This document shows positions 28,117 to 41,029 of a stretch of DNA of 64,000 bases, piece by piece. The translations under genes were made by a program, and so were the position numbers. This DNA comes from Neoconidiobolus thromboides FSU 785 (taxonomy: Eukaryota; Fungi; Entomophthoromycota). The notes below the pieces were generated by a model. The model saw only the letters and a program-made list of their open reading frames with translations. It was not told the origin of the DNA and ran no database searches. Positions within the stretch are counted from its first letter, which is position 1. Every line of letters begins with the position of its first letter. The DNA lies in assembly GCA_025603075.1 (NCBI GenBank), contig MU626306.1:57929-121928 (forward strand). Direction: 5' to 3'.

Positions 28117-28377
28117 ATGAAATTTTTGTGGACTATTATTGCAATTGCTCTTGTTGTTAGTGCTGAATCCAGCAAACGTGAATGTGCTGATCATAGCATT
28201 GATTGTTGTGGCTTAAAATGCACTGATCAATCTGCCAGCGAAAAATGTTGTGATAAAGTTGAAGGAATTATGGCCCCACAATGGTGTCTTGGTCTTAAAC
28301 GTAATGGTAATAAGTACAAAACATTTAAAAGATGCTGCATCAAATCAGGTTGGGAAACCAACCAAGATTGTTCATAA
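28117..28377 (+). CDS. Small secreted 10-Cys peptide, copy 2
   Basis: MKFLWTIIAIALVVSA-ESSKR-ECADHSIDCC..; all 10 Cys shared with copy 1. Confidence 0.85.
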   Translation: MKFLWTIIAIALVVSAESSKRECADHSIDCCGLKCTDQSASEKCCDKVEGIMAPQWCLGLKRNGNKYKTFKRCCIKSGWETNQDCS

Positions 28378-28722
28378 TCTATGTTCTTTCGAAATAAAAC
28401 TGATCCAACTTTATATTTGTATTGAATACTTTATAGTGATCTCACATTTTAAATTTAAAAATATTAAACTAAAGTATAGATAATAGTTTTATTGAAATTT
28501 TCGAAACTAATATGTATACGCTTGAAGTTTAAAAATTAAATAAATTTTTCAATTCAGATATTATTAAATAATATGCTACTTTGGGTTTTGAAAAGCAAAC
28601 TTGTCCTTTTGAATTTTAAAAAGATGATAATGATAAATTGTTATAATATTTTCGTTAATTTCATGATTTATTTTTATTAATTTTAATTTAAGCCTGCTGC
28701 AACACTCATCATAAAATTTATA

Positions 28723-28824
28723 TTATGAGGTGTTCTCTAGATTTCATTACCTTTTCTATTTTTTAAGCAATATTGAGCGGAAAAAATGCTAACAAATTTC
28801 TTGAACAGAGAGACATCCCCTTAT
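28723..28824 (-). mobile_element. MITE-like repeat, copy g (degenerate)
   Basis: TTAAGCAATATTGAGCGGAAAA..ACATCCCC. Confidence 0.75.
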
Positions 28825-28999
28825 GGATTTATCAAGTGATGTTTGATTGATTCAGAGTTAATAAGGTTATATTAATGATTAATTTTTAATATTTAATTTT
28901 TAACAAGAGGTAAAAAAACATCATCATTTAGCTTCTAATCTTAGAGCTATTAAATTAAATATAAAAAATAGATTTATTAAAATAAAATAAAACAAGATA

Positions 29000-31337
29000 T
29001 TAATTATTCTCAGATAAATTAGAAGATTTAAATCCCATCCAATCCTTGATTACATTAGTTCCAAGTATAGAATTCCTAGCTCTACTTTTCAAAAAAGAGC
29101 CCACTCCATCCACTACATCACCCACCATGGAAGATACTGAAGCTGGTCTAGTATCACTTACCCTTTCTTCCAATTTAATTTTACTTAATTCTCTTGGATT
29201 ACCATCATCATATAAAGAATACTTGGGATCTAATAAACATTCTCTTGCTTTTTTCAACCCTTCAATAGACTAAACTCATGTAAATTTAAATTACATATTT
29301 AAAATTTAAAATTTAGACATACTTTTTCATAAAACTCAATATGCTGTTCAATAAAATCAATATTCATAGTATGGAAATCACGAACTTTTTCATCATGGAT
29401 TCTGTTAATTTCTGCTAAAGTAACATTATAAACAGTATCACATCTTGACTTTATAAGCTCTATATCAACGTCCTATTTTTACATTTTAACAAATACTGAC
29501 ATCTGTTTTATTACTAAATACCTGTAGCTCTTCATTGGATATATCTTTACTCCTGTTAAGCGCTATGTTATGCATTTCAATCAATGACTAAAAAATTAAT
29601 TAATAAATAAATTGATTGGTAATCGATTACTGAACATGAAGCACTAGCGTTCGAATATTCTTTCAAAAGGTCAATAGATGAAGTAAATGTTTTATTGGTC
29701 TAAGGAAACAAAATTAGTTGGTAATATTATTGATTAATTAATAACGAACATATTCATCATAAGTATCTGAAATTGATTGCATACATTCTGCCATTTCCTG
29801 CAAGCCTTTTGTTAGTTTAAGGCAATCTAATTTTTAATGTCTTAATTGGTTTATAGCTTTTTAAAAATTTTATTTACCTTTGCAATTTTCTTTAAAACAC
29901 CATACTTTTTCCTCATTAATACAATCTGGAGTAACATTATCTCCCAGTCCAGAGATGAGCCTTAAAATACTAAAACTAAATTTACGAAACTGATTCCCCG
30001 CCTCTAGAATGTTATAATAAATATGTTATTTAATTATTAGTAAAACTAATTATTATATACCATTTAAATGATCTCTGAATCCTTGAATAGATTCATTACA
30101 TCGTGGTAGTAATTTTTCGATACTTTTTACATGATTTGAAAATCTAAGAACTAAATCCTCCTCTCTAATTTTTTAAATATAAAATCAATTTAAATAATAA
30201 ATAGTAGTTACCCATCTTCATCAACATTAAATTCTGGATGATAAACATTTTGAAAGAAATTTAGTGCTTGGGTTTTACTTTCATCACTTAATTTTTTTTC
30301 TTCAGATAGCCATTCCTAGTTAATGCAATTAAGTATGTATCAATTATATAGCCAGATATAGTTACTTCTTCTGACGTGCAGCTTAAGAAATGAACAAATA
30401 ACTCAGAATATCGGATGACTTGGTGTCTGGCTAACCTATTTATATATCTTTCTAACTGCCTTCTTCTTCTCTCAATAAACTCATGGCTAAACCTTCCTGT
30501 TTTTTCTTATTTTTATTCACTTAATATAAACAATCAAATTACCAGTAAACTGCTTCTCTGGTAACGTTGGTAAAACCAAAGCTCTAAATTTTGCTGACAA
30601 ACGCTCATGAAGCCATTCAAACTGGCTGAATCTTCTTTCAACAGTCACTTCTATGTCGTTATCAAACTAAAATATTATACATTTAATTATATATTTGAGA
30701 TTTAAACTTACAGTAGATGTTAAAAGGAAAGTCGTATATTCTTTAAGAGTGTCTTTAGTTGTTTTAGTAACAGGCGAATGGACAAACACAGAAAAAAGAC
30801 TTGTTTTCATCTGCCAATATGGGCCATGTTCAATAAAATGTTTCTCAATATCCTCCTTTAAATCTTTATCAGGGATTACTTCCTCATTTTCTTTTCCTAA
30901 TAAATAGTCATCTATGCCGTTATTTATAAACCATGAAAATTTTTTTATAGGTTTATATCCAAATATGCTATTCCTATCTTCATTTCCAACTTTTTTTTGC
31001 TCCTTAAAATAAAACTATTAACGGTTTATTTTTTCGTCTTTTATGTCCTTACTTTAACATATGCTATTGGTATGATTCCAAGAATTTGATTAACTTTAGC
31101 TAAATGCCATCCTTCTATAATATCCCTTTTAATCAATTTTAACTTATCGTCTTTTTTAAAACTGAGTTCCCTTTCAACATCTATAGCTTCATAATCATAT
31201 AATGCTATAAGCTCTCCACCATCTTCTATCTCAGGTACAGTTAGATCAAAATCCTCGTATGGTAGTATTTCCGGTCTTTCCATATCTACTGGGGATCCAG
31301 TTAAGTCTTCCCTTTCATTTAATACAGTTTCGCTCAT
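29000..31337 (-). CDS. SNX9/18/33-like SH3-PX-BAR sorting nexin, multi-exon
   Basis: SH3 (ALYDYEA..ELSF..EGW..GIIPIAYV); PX (VERRFSQFEWLH..LPTLPEKQFTGRFSHEFIEKRRRQLERY); helical BAR-like region (AEINRIHDEKVRDF). Confidence 0.8.
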
Positions 31338-31608
31338 TAGTACAATAAATAAAATATCTAATTAATGCTTTATTACGTTTTTTATTTTGCCTCTTTTTGT
31401 GCCACCAATTAAAATTTTGCAGATTAATTAAAGTGTTTGTTTCAATTTTAGCAAAATCCATTAAATGTAGTAAAATTGTTAGAGTTGAATCGATTCCTAA
31501 TAAAATCAATTCTAAGATCCAATCAAATGAAACCTAATCTTATTTTTGATAATCTTAATCAACCAGATAAAGGTTTGTCTTATATTTAGCTTTTTATAAT
31601 ATTAAAAA

Positions 31609-31989
31609 ATGTCATCCGGTTTTGGACTTAATGGAGGTATGTAAAATAAAAGATAAGATAAATGATCCTAACTCGAATATAGGAAGATCCAGATGCTTCC
31701 CAATGTGGCAAGAAGTACACAAATGTTATGCAGTAAGTGATGATCCAAAGAGTTGTAAATTGCAGTTAGATGATTACTTTGAATGCCTTCATCATAATAA
31801 AGAGGTACTATTTTTTTATCATTTTTATCATTGCTAATTATATAGATCGCACGTGCAGAAGCTATTAAGAAGGAGGAAATCAAGCAATTAGAGGAACGTA
31901 AAAGACGTGAAAAAGAAGCAGCTAAACGTGGAGATAATGTTAAAAATGACGTTGTTCAACTTGATTTAGTTAAAGAAGAAAAAAAATGA
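31609..31989 (+). CDS. NDUFS5: Complex I accessory subunit NDUFS5-like (twin CX9C), 2 introns
   Basis: MSSGFGLNGG|RSRCFPMWQEVHKC..CKLQLDDYFECLHHNKE|IARA. Confidence 0.85.
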
Positions 31990-32472
31990 TCTTAAATTTA
32001 CTGATTTTATAATGAAAGGTTATTAAACTCTACTTTTTTAATTTTACATTGTTAATTTCGTTTATAATCTAACTTATATTTTATCTTTAGACTATTTTAA
32101 AATTATTTTAAGTTAATATTTAACAGTTATTGACATTAACTATAAGGAATAACATGATGCTTATTCCTGATATTAAATTAAACCTCATCGTTGCATTAAT
32201 AATCGGTATTTTAAAATATTTAATTTATAATCTAATAAGCCATAAATCGTTTACTCAATTCATATTATACATTGTTAGTTCAGTCATTTATCAATGTTTG
32301 TATTATAATCCATGGAAAAACAAAATATAAAAACTATAATTTTTATTTATTTAAAAATTAAATTACAATTAAAACAAATACCTATATTAAACAGTTAGGA
32401 TTAAGGATCAGTAAAAAAACATATTAACAATGGACATTAGTTTTAAAAACAGTTAGAAGAAAAAACCTTTAA

Positions 32473-32544
32473 TGCCCGATAGCGGGATCGAACCACTGAT
32501 CTTCAGTTTACAAGACTGACGCCTTACCACTTGGCCAAACGGGC
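32473..32544 (-). tRNA. tRNA-Thr(UGU)
   Basis: GCCCGTTTGGCCAAGTGGTAAGGCGTCAGTC-TGT-AAACTGAAGATCAGTGGTTCGATCCCGCTATCGGGCA cloverleaf (one U:U in acceptor stem), A/B boxes, T6 terminator at 32460-32465. Confidence 0.95.
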
Positions 32545-32631
32545 TTGTTATCACTATGATAAAATAATATTAAAATTGCAATTTACCAATACTTATTGTT
32601 TAAGTTTGAAGTTTATTCAAAATTCGTAATT

Positions 32632-32957
32632 ATGTTTAACATACCAAATATTAGATTTACCCATTTGATATCAGCGTAATTTTAACCTTGTTATTTTAAT
32701 GAACAAAACTTAATCAAAATTAAAGTAAAGGAGATGCTATATTAGCTGCTTTTGCTGGAACAGTTGGATACCTCATCTATGATTCTAGACAGGAAAAGCT
32801 TGATCGACCAGATAATATCACATTGCTTCAACTACTTCAATATAAATGGAAGGACACTATAAATGCTAAGTTGGAAAAAGTTAAAGTGAAAAGTAATTCC
32901 TCTGAAGCCGATATAGACGAAAAGGAGTTTTTAAAGTTGGTGAATGAAAAGGAATAA
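32632..32957 (+). CDS. Nce101-like small membrane protein (missed by ORF track)
   Basis: Exons 32632-32675 and 32726-32957: MFNIPNIRFTHLISAKGDAILAAFAGTVGYLIYDSRQEKLDRPDNITLLQLLQYKW..; resembles the Nce101 YLIS..D.IFA..IG...Y pattern (from memory, not searched). Confidence 0.65.
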
Positions 32958-33662
32958 AGAAATAAGATTTGGAGATACAATACAGGTACAATTTTCTTTT
33001 TTTACCATGTTGAATTAACAGGCCTATTGTGCATATGCTTTAATATAAATACCTAGAGCAGTAAGTTATGTTTTTAGCTTATATTGAGTGATTTTTTTTC
33101 AAATAGAGTTTGGTAGATTTGCTATTGTATTCAGCAAATTATTATTATTTTAGTTTTTGTAGTAAAATACAATAAAATTCTTATAACATTCGGCTGGTCA
33201 AAGTACAATGATTTTCTATCTAAATTTGAAAGAGTAGAGATTTTTGGTATTTTTAACTTATTTCAGAATATTTAATAAAGTGTTTTGTGTATAATTAAAA
33301 TCTAAAAGGCTAGTTACCTCGCTTTACTTGACATTTTTTAATAATAAAAATAAATTTTAATCTTTATCGTTGGTTCTGAGGCTACAAATCAAATATTATC
33401 TGCTATCAAAATATTTTTAAATCGATAATACATCCTTATATTTTATAAAGTTTATTATAAGTTTCAAATGCTTTATTATTCATGATAGGGATTTGTTAGC
33501 CCTAAGCAGTCTGTTAAAAAATCAAATTTGAATTAATATTTTTAAATTGGATATAAGGAGCGGATGCTAAATATTATGAATATGGCCCTGAAATCTCAAA
33601 TCATGATTCTTTACTTTAAAAATGCATAGATTACACCTCACTAATACATATTGCATATATAT

Positions 33663-35655
33663 TTAACAAGGAAGGGGCTCTGGGTCAGCTAAATAATAAC
33701 AGAGGTAGGCTTTATGATTAATGACGTCTTCATGCTCAACAATATCAACGTTATGATCATCAAATTTAAACCATTTTCCACCAAGCCGCATATAAGAAAT
33801 ATAATGCCCATTATCTAAGGATCCAATGTGATGCACAACGGCAAACAAAGTATAATTAAATAGACTCGATGTTTGAGTATTTTCTTTTGTTTCAGAAAAA
33901 GTTCCATTCCTTAAAAAGATTGGGAGCTTTGTAGCGTTAGCGACATAAGGAGTCATATCTAATTTTAATGGTAAGTGAATTTTAGTATTTACTTTGGATA
34001 AATTGGAAGGATCATGACTGTATCTCTTTAGCTGAAAGCTAAGTACAGGAGATAAAGTTTTAAATGTCATTTGTTTAGTAGCTTCGGTTTGAGCTTTACA
34101 TTTGCTACACTTATATGAATCTGCACTCAACGTTTCGGTATGAACATATCTATTTTATATTAATGAGTCTAAAATCTGTTTAAAAAAGCATACCCTCTTA
34201 AACAATCCTTTAATTCCAATTCAGGTACTTTCATTTTTTTCTCAGAACCTTCAGATGTATGAATCCTTCGTTTTTTGGGATTCTTTAAATCCAAAGCGTT
34301 ATCCAAGTATGGATCTCCTTTGTTAGAGATATAATTACAGGAGAGACAAGTAACTGAAGACTGTAATTCTCCACCAAATGTACGATGGACTGGGCAGATA
34401 CATGGCTTTTCAGTTGTACCAGGCTCAACGCCATGATGAGCTACTTCATCTAAAAAAATTAGCCTTTAACTCTGTAACAAATTGTTTCTATCACCTTCAT
34501 GTATTTTGTTTATCAATGCTATAAAAAATTCATGAGCATCCTGTTGTTCGTACCCAGCAAGATGCTTTGAGCTGTTCCAAATGCTTTTTAGCAGCGAAGT
34601 TATTATCATCGGTGAAGGGTTGTTTGAGTAATACTTTAAAATCATAAAATAAATACAGTTCATTTTTAAAATTTATAGTACCTGGATAATAAATCCACGG
34701 ATTGTACATGACATACAGCTTCTAGTTATACAGTCATTCCTATCCATTGATAAAAATATATCTGAGAATGTAGGATTATGTGTAATCATTTGTAGTATAC
34801 AATTTACAAAACATGTATTTCCTACATTTCGAATACCTCTCAAACCTTTTAATCAATTAATTAATTTTTGCTATTTTCGATTATTTCCTTACTTAAGCAT
34901 CTAGAGGATTCAAAGCACTCTTGAACAACTTCGATATCTGAAAGCTTTTTCCTTACCAATGCATTTATGTCATCGTATTGTTCTATATACTTTAACTAAG
35001 ATAACAAAAAGAATATATAAATTACCGTTTTTCAGCCTTTGTTTTAAGTTTGTGATTGCAGAACTTCTAAGGATTTCAATCACGTTATTTTCTAAAATAA
35101 CATCACAACAAAGACAAAAAAGGGTCAATCCTTGGTATTTAAGCCCTTAAAACCAAATAAATTTGATCATTAAATAAACCCTATAAAGTACCTAATACGT
35201 GCTTAGACTCTTTGCTATGTAACATAGAGTGTCTAGTACACTGAAGTACGTCACATTCCAGACAAGCTACACTTCTGTTTCGTACTGATCTACCACATGG
35301 TCCACATGATAAAGATGGAAACTAAAGACGTCAATAAAATAATGTTGGTGATATTAATGGTTACTTTTTTATCCAACTCAGTATAAAATGATAGTCGACT
35401 TATTGTTTTCCTATCTGGACCAGAACGTTTACTGCCTAAAATTTGAGCTAAATTTATTTACCTGCTACTATACATTGTATTACCTGTAATCCTTCTTAAA
35501 TTTAAAACTCCTTTAACTTTGGGTATATTCGCCTTTAAATAGAAAATTTGAACCATGTTTATAAACTTCATTTGTAATGGAGATAGTCCTCCATTTTCTT
35601 TTAGGTCAAGTCGCCCTAAATCAGATGACATGGTAATATGCGCGCACTTCGACAT
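33663..35655 (-). CDS. Ubiquitin-specific protease USP22/Ubp8-like, multi-exon
   Basis: zf-UBP-like CGPC..CLEC..H; Cys box [12 protein letters not shown]; [11 protein letters not shown]; His box GHY..WFKFDD. Confidence 0.88.
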
Positions 35656-35712
35656 CTTTTAACAATTAAAAATAAAAATAAAATAGCAGTTCTAATGAGT
35701 TTATAGTAATAC

Positions 35713-35720
35713 CACGTGAC
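35713..35720 (-). promoter_or_regulatory. GTCACGTG E-box (Cbf1/CDEI-type bHLH site)
   Basis: Exact motif about 58 bp upstream of the USP22 ATG in very AT-rich DNA. Confidence 0.35.
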
Positions 35721-36137
35721 TAGATTCAAATTAAGTAAACTATAATTAGTAAATATCTTTTCCAGCAAATTGTATATTTTTTGAAGAAATTATTAATATC
35801 ATAAAAAAATATTGATTTGATTATAGCTCGGCTAAAGCTGATAGTGATATGCTTATAAGTATTTGAAAACATAGTATATGCTATTAGTTAATGCATATAA
35901 TATATGATACTAATTAACATTTTATTTAGTATGATAAAAATCTTAATAATATAAATTAATTATTTTAACAATAATTGATGATAATTATAATAGAATAATT
36001 GACAATCATTTAACAACTTTATTTCGTTATCAGTTTGTTAAGTTTGAAGTAAAGTCAATTTATAAAAAGTTGGTAATAGTGTAAATAAAACATAGCTATT
36101 TTTTATATTATAGATGCTGTTTTCATTTTAAATAATA

Positions 36138-36168
36138 TTAAACATTAAACATTAAACATTAAACATTA
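36138..36168 (+). repeat. (TTAAACA)x4 microsatellite
   Basis: Seen directly in the USP22-GDH2 intergenic region. Confidence 0.8.
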
Positions 36169-37535
36169 ATTATTAAAGTATGTGACAAGTCTAGTTTCAT
36201 TATAAAAAATTATCATAGAAATTAACTTTTAATCTCAATAATAATTTTACATGACTAATAAATTGGTTATATATAATATACCATAATAGTTTATTATATT
36301 AAAACAATAGATTGTTTTTGAATATAAAATAAAAATCAATTCTTTCTAAATATTAAATTAAATCGTAAAGTCAACACAGTGAAATTATAAGTACTTTTTT
36401 TTAGAAAAAGCCATCTGATTTTTGGTTTTATCATAACAAATGCTTCTAACGTTTATTAAAAATACCTATCTGATATACAAATACTTCAAAAAACTATTAG
36501 TAGGGTTGGTATAAGATGTTATTCTCGAAAGTATATTTCTGTTTTTATAGTTTGAGAGGACAGTCTTTAATTGGCTAAGTAAATTGAAAAATTAGGTTTA
36601 AATCCCGAATTTTAGCTTAATTTAACAGTTTTGAAATTTATAAGTGTATTATGTTATGAAGATTCATTCAGTATAAACAACTTGATTGTTATATTATAAA
36701 TTATTATAATATTAACTATTAATTTCGGAGAAATAGAACCGTGTTATTACTAAATAAGCTGTCAAAAGAAATATTTTAATTAATGTAATTGCAATATTAT
36801 AAAAGCTTTATAAATCCATATTATTTTAAAATATTCTTATAAACCATTATTAATAATAATTAAAAATAAACGAATTGATGTAACATTCTTTTATTCCACT
36901 TAACAAACAGGAATGTTGTTATCCGCGCTATTTAGTGAACCCTATAGAAAAAGTTTATTTATAGGTCAGATGGTTTTTTAGGACTTTAAAGGCTAATTTG
37001 ACTGTAAATTATATTTCAAAACCTATCTAATTGAAAAAGATGATTGGATTAGATTCAATTTCGAAAAATAAAACATCTCCAATAGAACTCAAAAATATAT
37101 TTTTACAAATGAAGGTGGACGTACTTTCAAGTTACACTCCTTGATTGGCTTAGACTTAAATAGTTTACTCCAATTTTAGTCGAATATTGGAACTGAGTAC
37201 CCTTCTTCCTAATTAAAGTTTGCTAATTTTAACATCAAATTCTCCCACCCTGACTCAATTGGAAAAATAAAGGTAAACTAAGCCAATCATTTGACTTTAC
37301 ATCTAACCTTGCCCTAAAGTAATGGACGTAAGCAATTACCAAAAAAGGAATTCCTTCTATGGCTAAATATTTGTAAGTTAATGCATAATCATAGATGAAA
37401 AGCAGGTGGAAACAGAGTATATAAACAAGCGATTTTCAAGTTTATTTTAAAAAAAATACTGTTTTCTTTGTTGCTTACTCTTCAACTTTTTTTTTAGCAC
37501 TTTACAATCTTTGTCAATTCTAATTTAATTTTACA

Positions 37536-40500
37536 ATGGCATCCCTTACTAACGTATCTCAGGATTATCTCTCCAGTGAATTCCCTGGAAAAGCCGAACA
37601 ATTAAATAAGGTGGTTACCCTTATTGGTGAACAAGGTTTTATTCCAAAAGAACTTATTCAAAATGAAGCTTCTTGGTTTTATGGGTAAGTGTAGTTTATT
37701 CTATTCTATTTTCTTTTTTATATTTATATATTTTAGTAACCTTGGAATTGATGAACTCTACTTTATTAATGAATCGCATGAAACTATTGCTTCTCATATC
37801 AGTTCTTTATATGCAGCAAAAATCCAAGCCTTCACTGAAAATGCTGACTCCTTAAAGATTAACTTGATCAAAGAATCTGAAACTGGAGCCGTTTTCATGC
37901 ATACTTCTAACCCAGGTGTTTCTCAATTAGCTGGTCCACAATATGAAAAAAGAATTGATGAGCAATATCTTAATAACTCTGGTTCCAACGTTTATCGTTT
38001 AGAATCTTTTCGTTCTACTGGTACCATCTCTTCATCAACTTCTTCTCAATTACGTCTTTATTTCTTAAACAAATGTAACTTTGCTAACCCAGAACCTACT
38101 GCTGAACAAATTTTAGATATCAAATCTGTTTCCAGTGAAAACTTCTTAAAGCGTGCCACTGAAAATACTCTTTCAGTTTATCAACAAGTTATGACCAATG
38201 CCCTTAAACGTACTGGTCCAGTCATTGAAGAATTTGATGTACCAAATAGCAACGAAAAGCGTTTAGTTATTGCTTACAAACGTGGTACCACTCAAAACTT
38301 CTTTTCAGCTCTTTCAGATCTTTACCATTATTATGATCTTTATACCACCCGTAAATACGTTGAACAATTTTCTAATGGTATTACTATTGTTTCTCTTTAC
38401 CTTACTCAGCTCTCCGATTCTAAAAAAGCTCCAATTGAGCACACCATCACTCAAGTTATGAAAGAGGTTTCCCTTATTTATTGTCTTCCAACTACCCCAC
38501 TTCAAGGTTTCTTTAAAACTAATGAACTTTCAGTTCAAGAAGCTATCTATGGCTATGTAGGTTGGATTTTTGCTCAACATTTCCTTAATCGTCTTGGTAA
38601 CGAATTCAGTTCTCTTGTATCGATCCTTGATCATAATAACCCAGCTCATGCTGAAGTTATCAGTAAAATTCGTAAGCGTCTTCGTCAAGAAACCTTTACA
38701 CGTGAATATATATTAGACATTATTAAGCAATATCCAGAATTAATCAAACAATTATACGTTGATTTTGCTTTAAGACATTATATTGTACCAGATGAAAACA
38801 ACTTAAAGCCTACCCTTTCTTATCAACGTATTCAGACTGAAAAGATCCTTACTGAAGAAGAATTACTTCAAAGAATTAAACTTGAAACTAGTAATGCTCA
38901 TGAATCTATGGTACTCGAATCTTTCCTTACCTTCAACAAACATGTATTAAAGACTAATTTCTATCAACCTACTAAAGTTGCTCTCTCTTTCCGTTTGAAC
39001 CCTGAATTTTTACCAAACCTTGAATATCCAACTAAATTATATGGTATGTTCTTTGTCATTGGCAGTGAATTCCGTGGTTTCCATTTAAGATTCCGTGATG
39101 TTGCTCGTGGTGGTATCCGTGTAATTCGTTCAAGAAATCGTGAAGCATATTCTATTAATCTTAGATCTCTCTTTGATGAAAATTACAATCTTGCATCTAC
39201 TCAACAACGTAAAAACAAAGATATTCCAGAAGGCGGCTCGAAAGGTACTATCTTATTAGATATTGAAAAACAAGATAAAGCTAGTTTTGCTTTTGAAAAA
39301 TACGTTGATTCTATTCTCGATTTATTGATCCCAGGTCAATCTCCTGGTATTAAAGAAAAGATTGTTGATTTACATGGTAAACCAGAAATTTTATTCTTTG
39401 GTCCAGATGAGGGTACTGCTGATTTTATGGATTGGGCCAGTTCTCATGCACGTAAACGTGGTGCTTCTTTTTGGAAAGCTTTTACCACCGGTAAATCACA
39501 ATCCCTTGGCGGTATTCCCCATGATTTATTTGGTATGACTACTCGTTCTGTACATCAATACGTACTTGGTATTTATAAAAAATTAAATCTTAAAGAAGAA
39601 GAGTGTACTAAATTACAAACTGGTGGACCTGATGGTGATCTTGGTTCTAATGAAATTAAAATTTCAAAAGATAAGACTGTTGGTATCGTTGATGGCTCAG
39701 GTGTCCTTTTTGATCCTCAAGGTATTGATCGTACTGAACTTACCCGCCTTGCAAATGAACGTAAAATGATTAATCATTTTGATATAAGTAAACTCAGTGC
39801 TCAAGGTTATCGTGTATTAGTTGATGAACGTAATGTTAAATTACCATCTGGTGAAGTTGTAGCTGATGGTTTAGCATTCCGTAATGTTTATCATCTTAAC
39901 CCAGAAGCTTCCTCATTAGTATTCGTACCATGTGGTGGACGTCCAGAATCAGTTGATATTGATAATGTTCATAAATTATTAGATGCTGATGGTAACCCAA
40001 GATTTAAATACATTGTTGAAGGTGCCAATTTATTCTTTACTCAAGATGCTCGTTTAAGATTAGAAAAGGCAGGAGCTATTATCTTTAAAGATGCATCAGC
40101 TAATAAAGGAGGTGTCACTTCTTCTTCCCTTGAAGTATTAGCTGCTTTAGCTTTTAATGATGAAGAATTTGCTCAACATATGTCAGTTAAAGATGGTAAT
40201 GTACCAGCTTTCTATTCAGAATATATTAATCAAGTTCATCAAATTATTGAAAGAAATGCAGCTAATGAATTTGAATGTTTATGGAAAGAAAGTAATCGTA
40301 CTAACATTCCACGATCTATTTTATCAGATGATTTATCAGTAGCTATTGTTAAATTAAATGAAGAATTACAACGTACTTCCCTTTGGGATGATGAACAATT
40401 ACGTCGTGTTGTGCTTACTGAGGCTTTCCCTAAACTTTTAGTAGATACTTTAGGTTTAGATACTCTACTTCAAAGAGTTCCTGAAAATTATGTTAAATCG

Positions 40501-40614
40501 ATGTTTGGTTCTTTCCTAGCTTCTAGATTCGTTTATAAATATGGTACCCAACCTTCTCAATTCGCGTTCTTTGAATTTATGGCTCCTTATTTTCAAAAGG
40601 CTAACTCTGCTTAA
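37536..40614 (+). CDS. GDH2: NAD-specific glutamate dehydrogenase (large type)
   Basis: ATG 37536, intron 37686-37737; GFHLRFRDVARGGIR, DIPEGGSKG, GPDEGTA, QTGGPDGDLGSNE, VEGANLF, NKGGVTSSS. Confidence 0.96.
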
Positions 40615-40698
40615 AGGATTGAGTTGATAATTACTCTTTAATTTAGATCTAAAATTTAAGATATTTCTTTTTTATAAAAATAAAATTTAAAACTTAGA

Positions 40699-40805
40699 AT
40701 ATGGGGATGTATTTTTGTGTTTAAGAACTTTACTAACAAATTTTCCGCTTAAATAGTACTTAAAAAATAGAAAAAGTAATGAAGTTAAAAAAAACACTCC
40801 CATAT
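40699..40805 (+). mobile_element. MITE-like repeat, copy h
   Basis: Near-consensus copy 84 bp after the GDH2 stop. Confidence 0.9.
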
Positions 40806-41029
40806 GTATTAGTCTAAAACTCAAAATTTATTATATTTTATAAAGAAATGGCTTTAATTCATCTCAAGTTATTAAAAAAACATTATAAGAATCTTCTATT
40901 CAATTCTTATATGACATAAAATTAGATAATTACTGATTAAACACTAAAATAAGAAAATATTCGCATATATAAAAAACATTATAAAAAATCACAAAAGGTC
41001 TTATTTATTTCATAATAACAGTATAAATT

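Noticed and set aside
34681-34690. Third CCTGGATAAT match
   Set aside because: Antisense to a USP22 exon/intron junction with no in-frame ATG; coincidental, though it shows a 10-mer alone is not significant.
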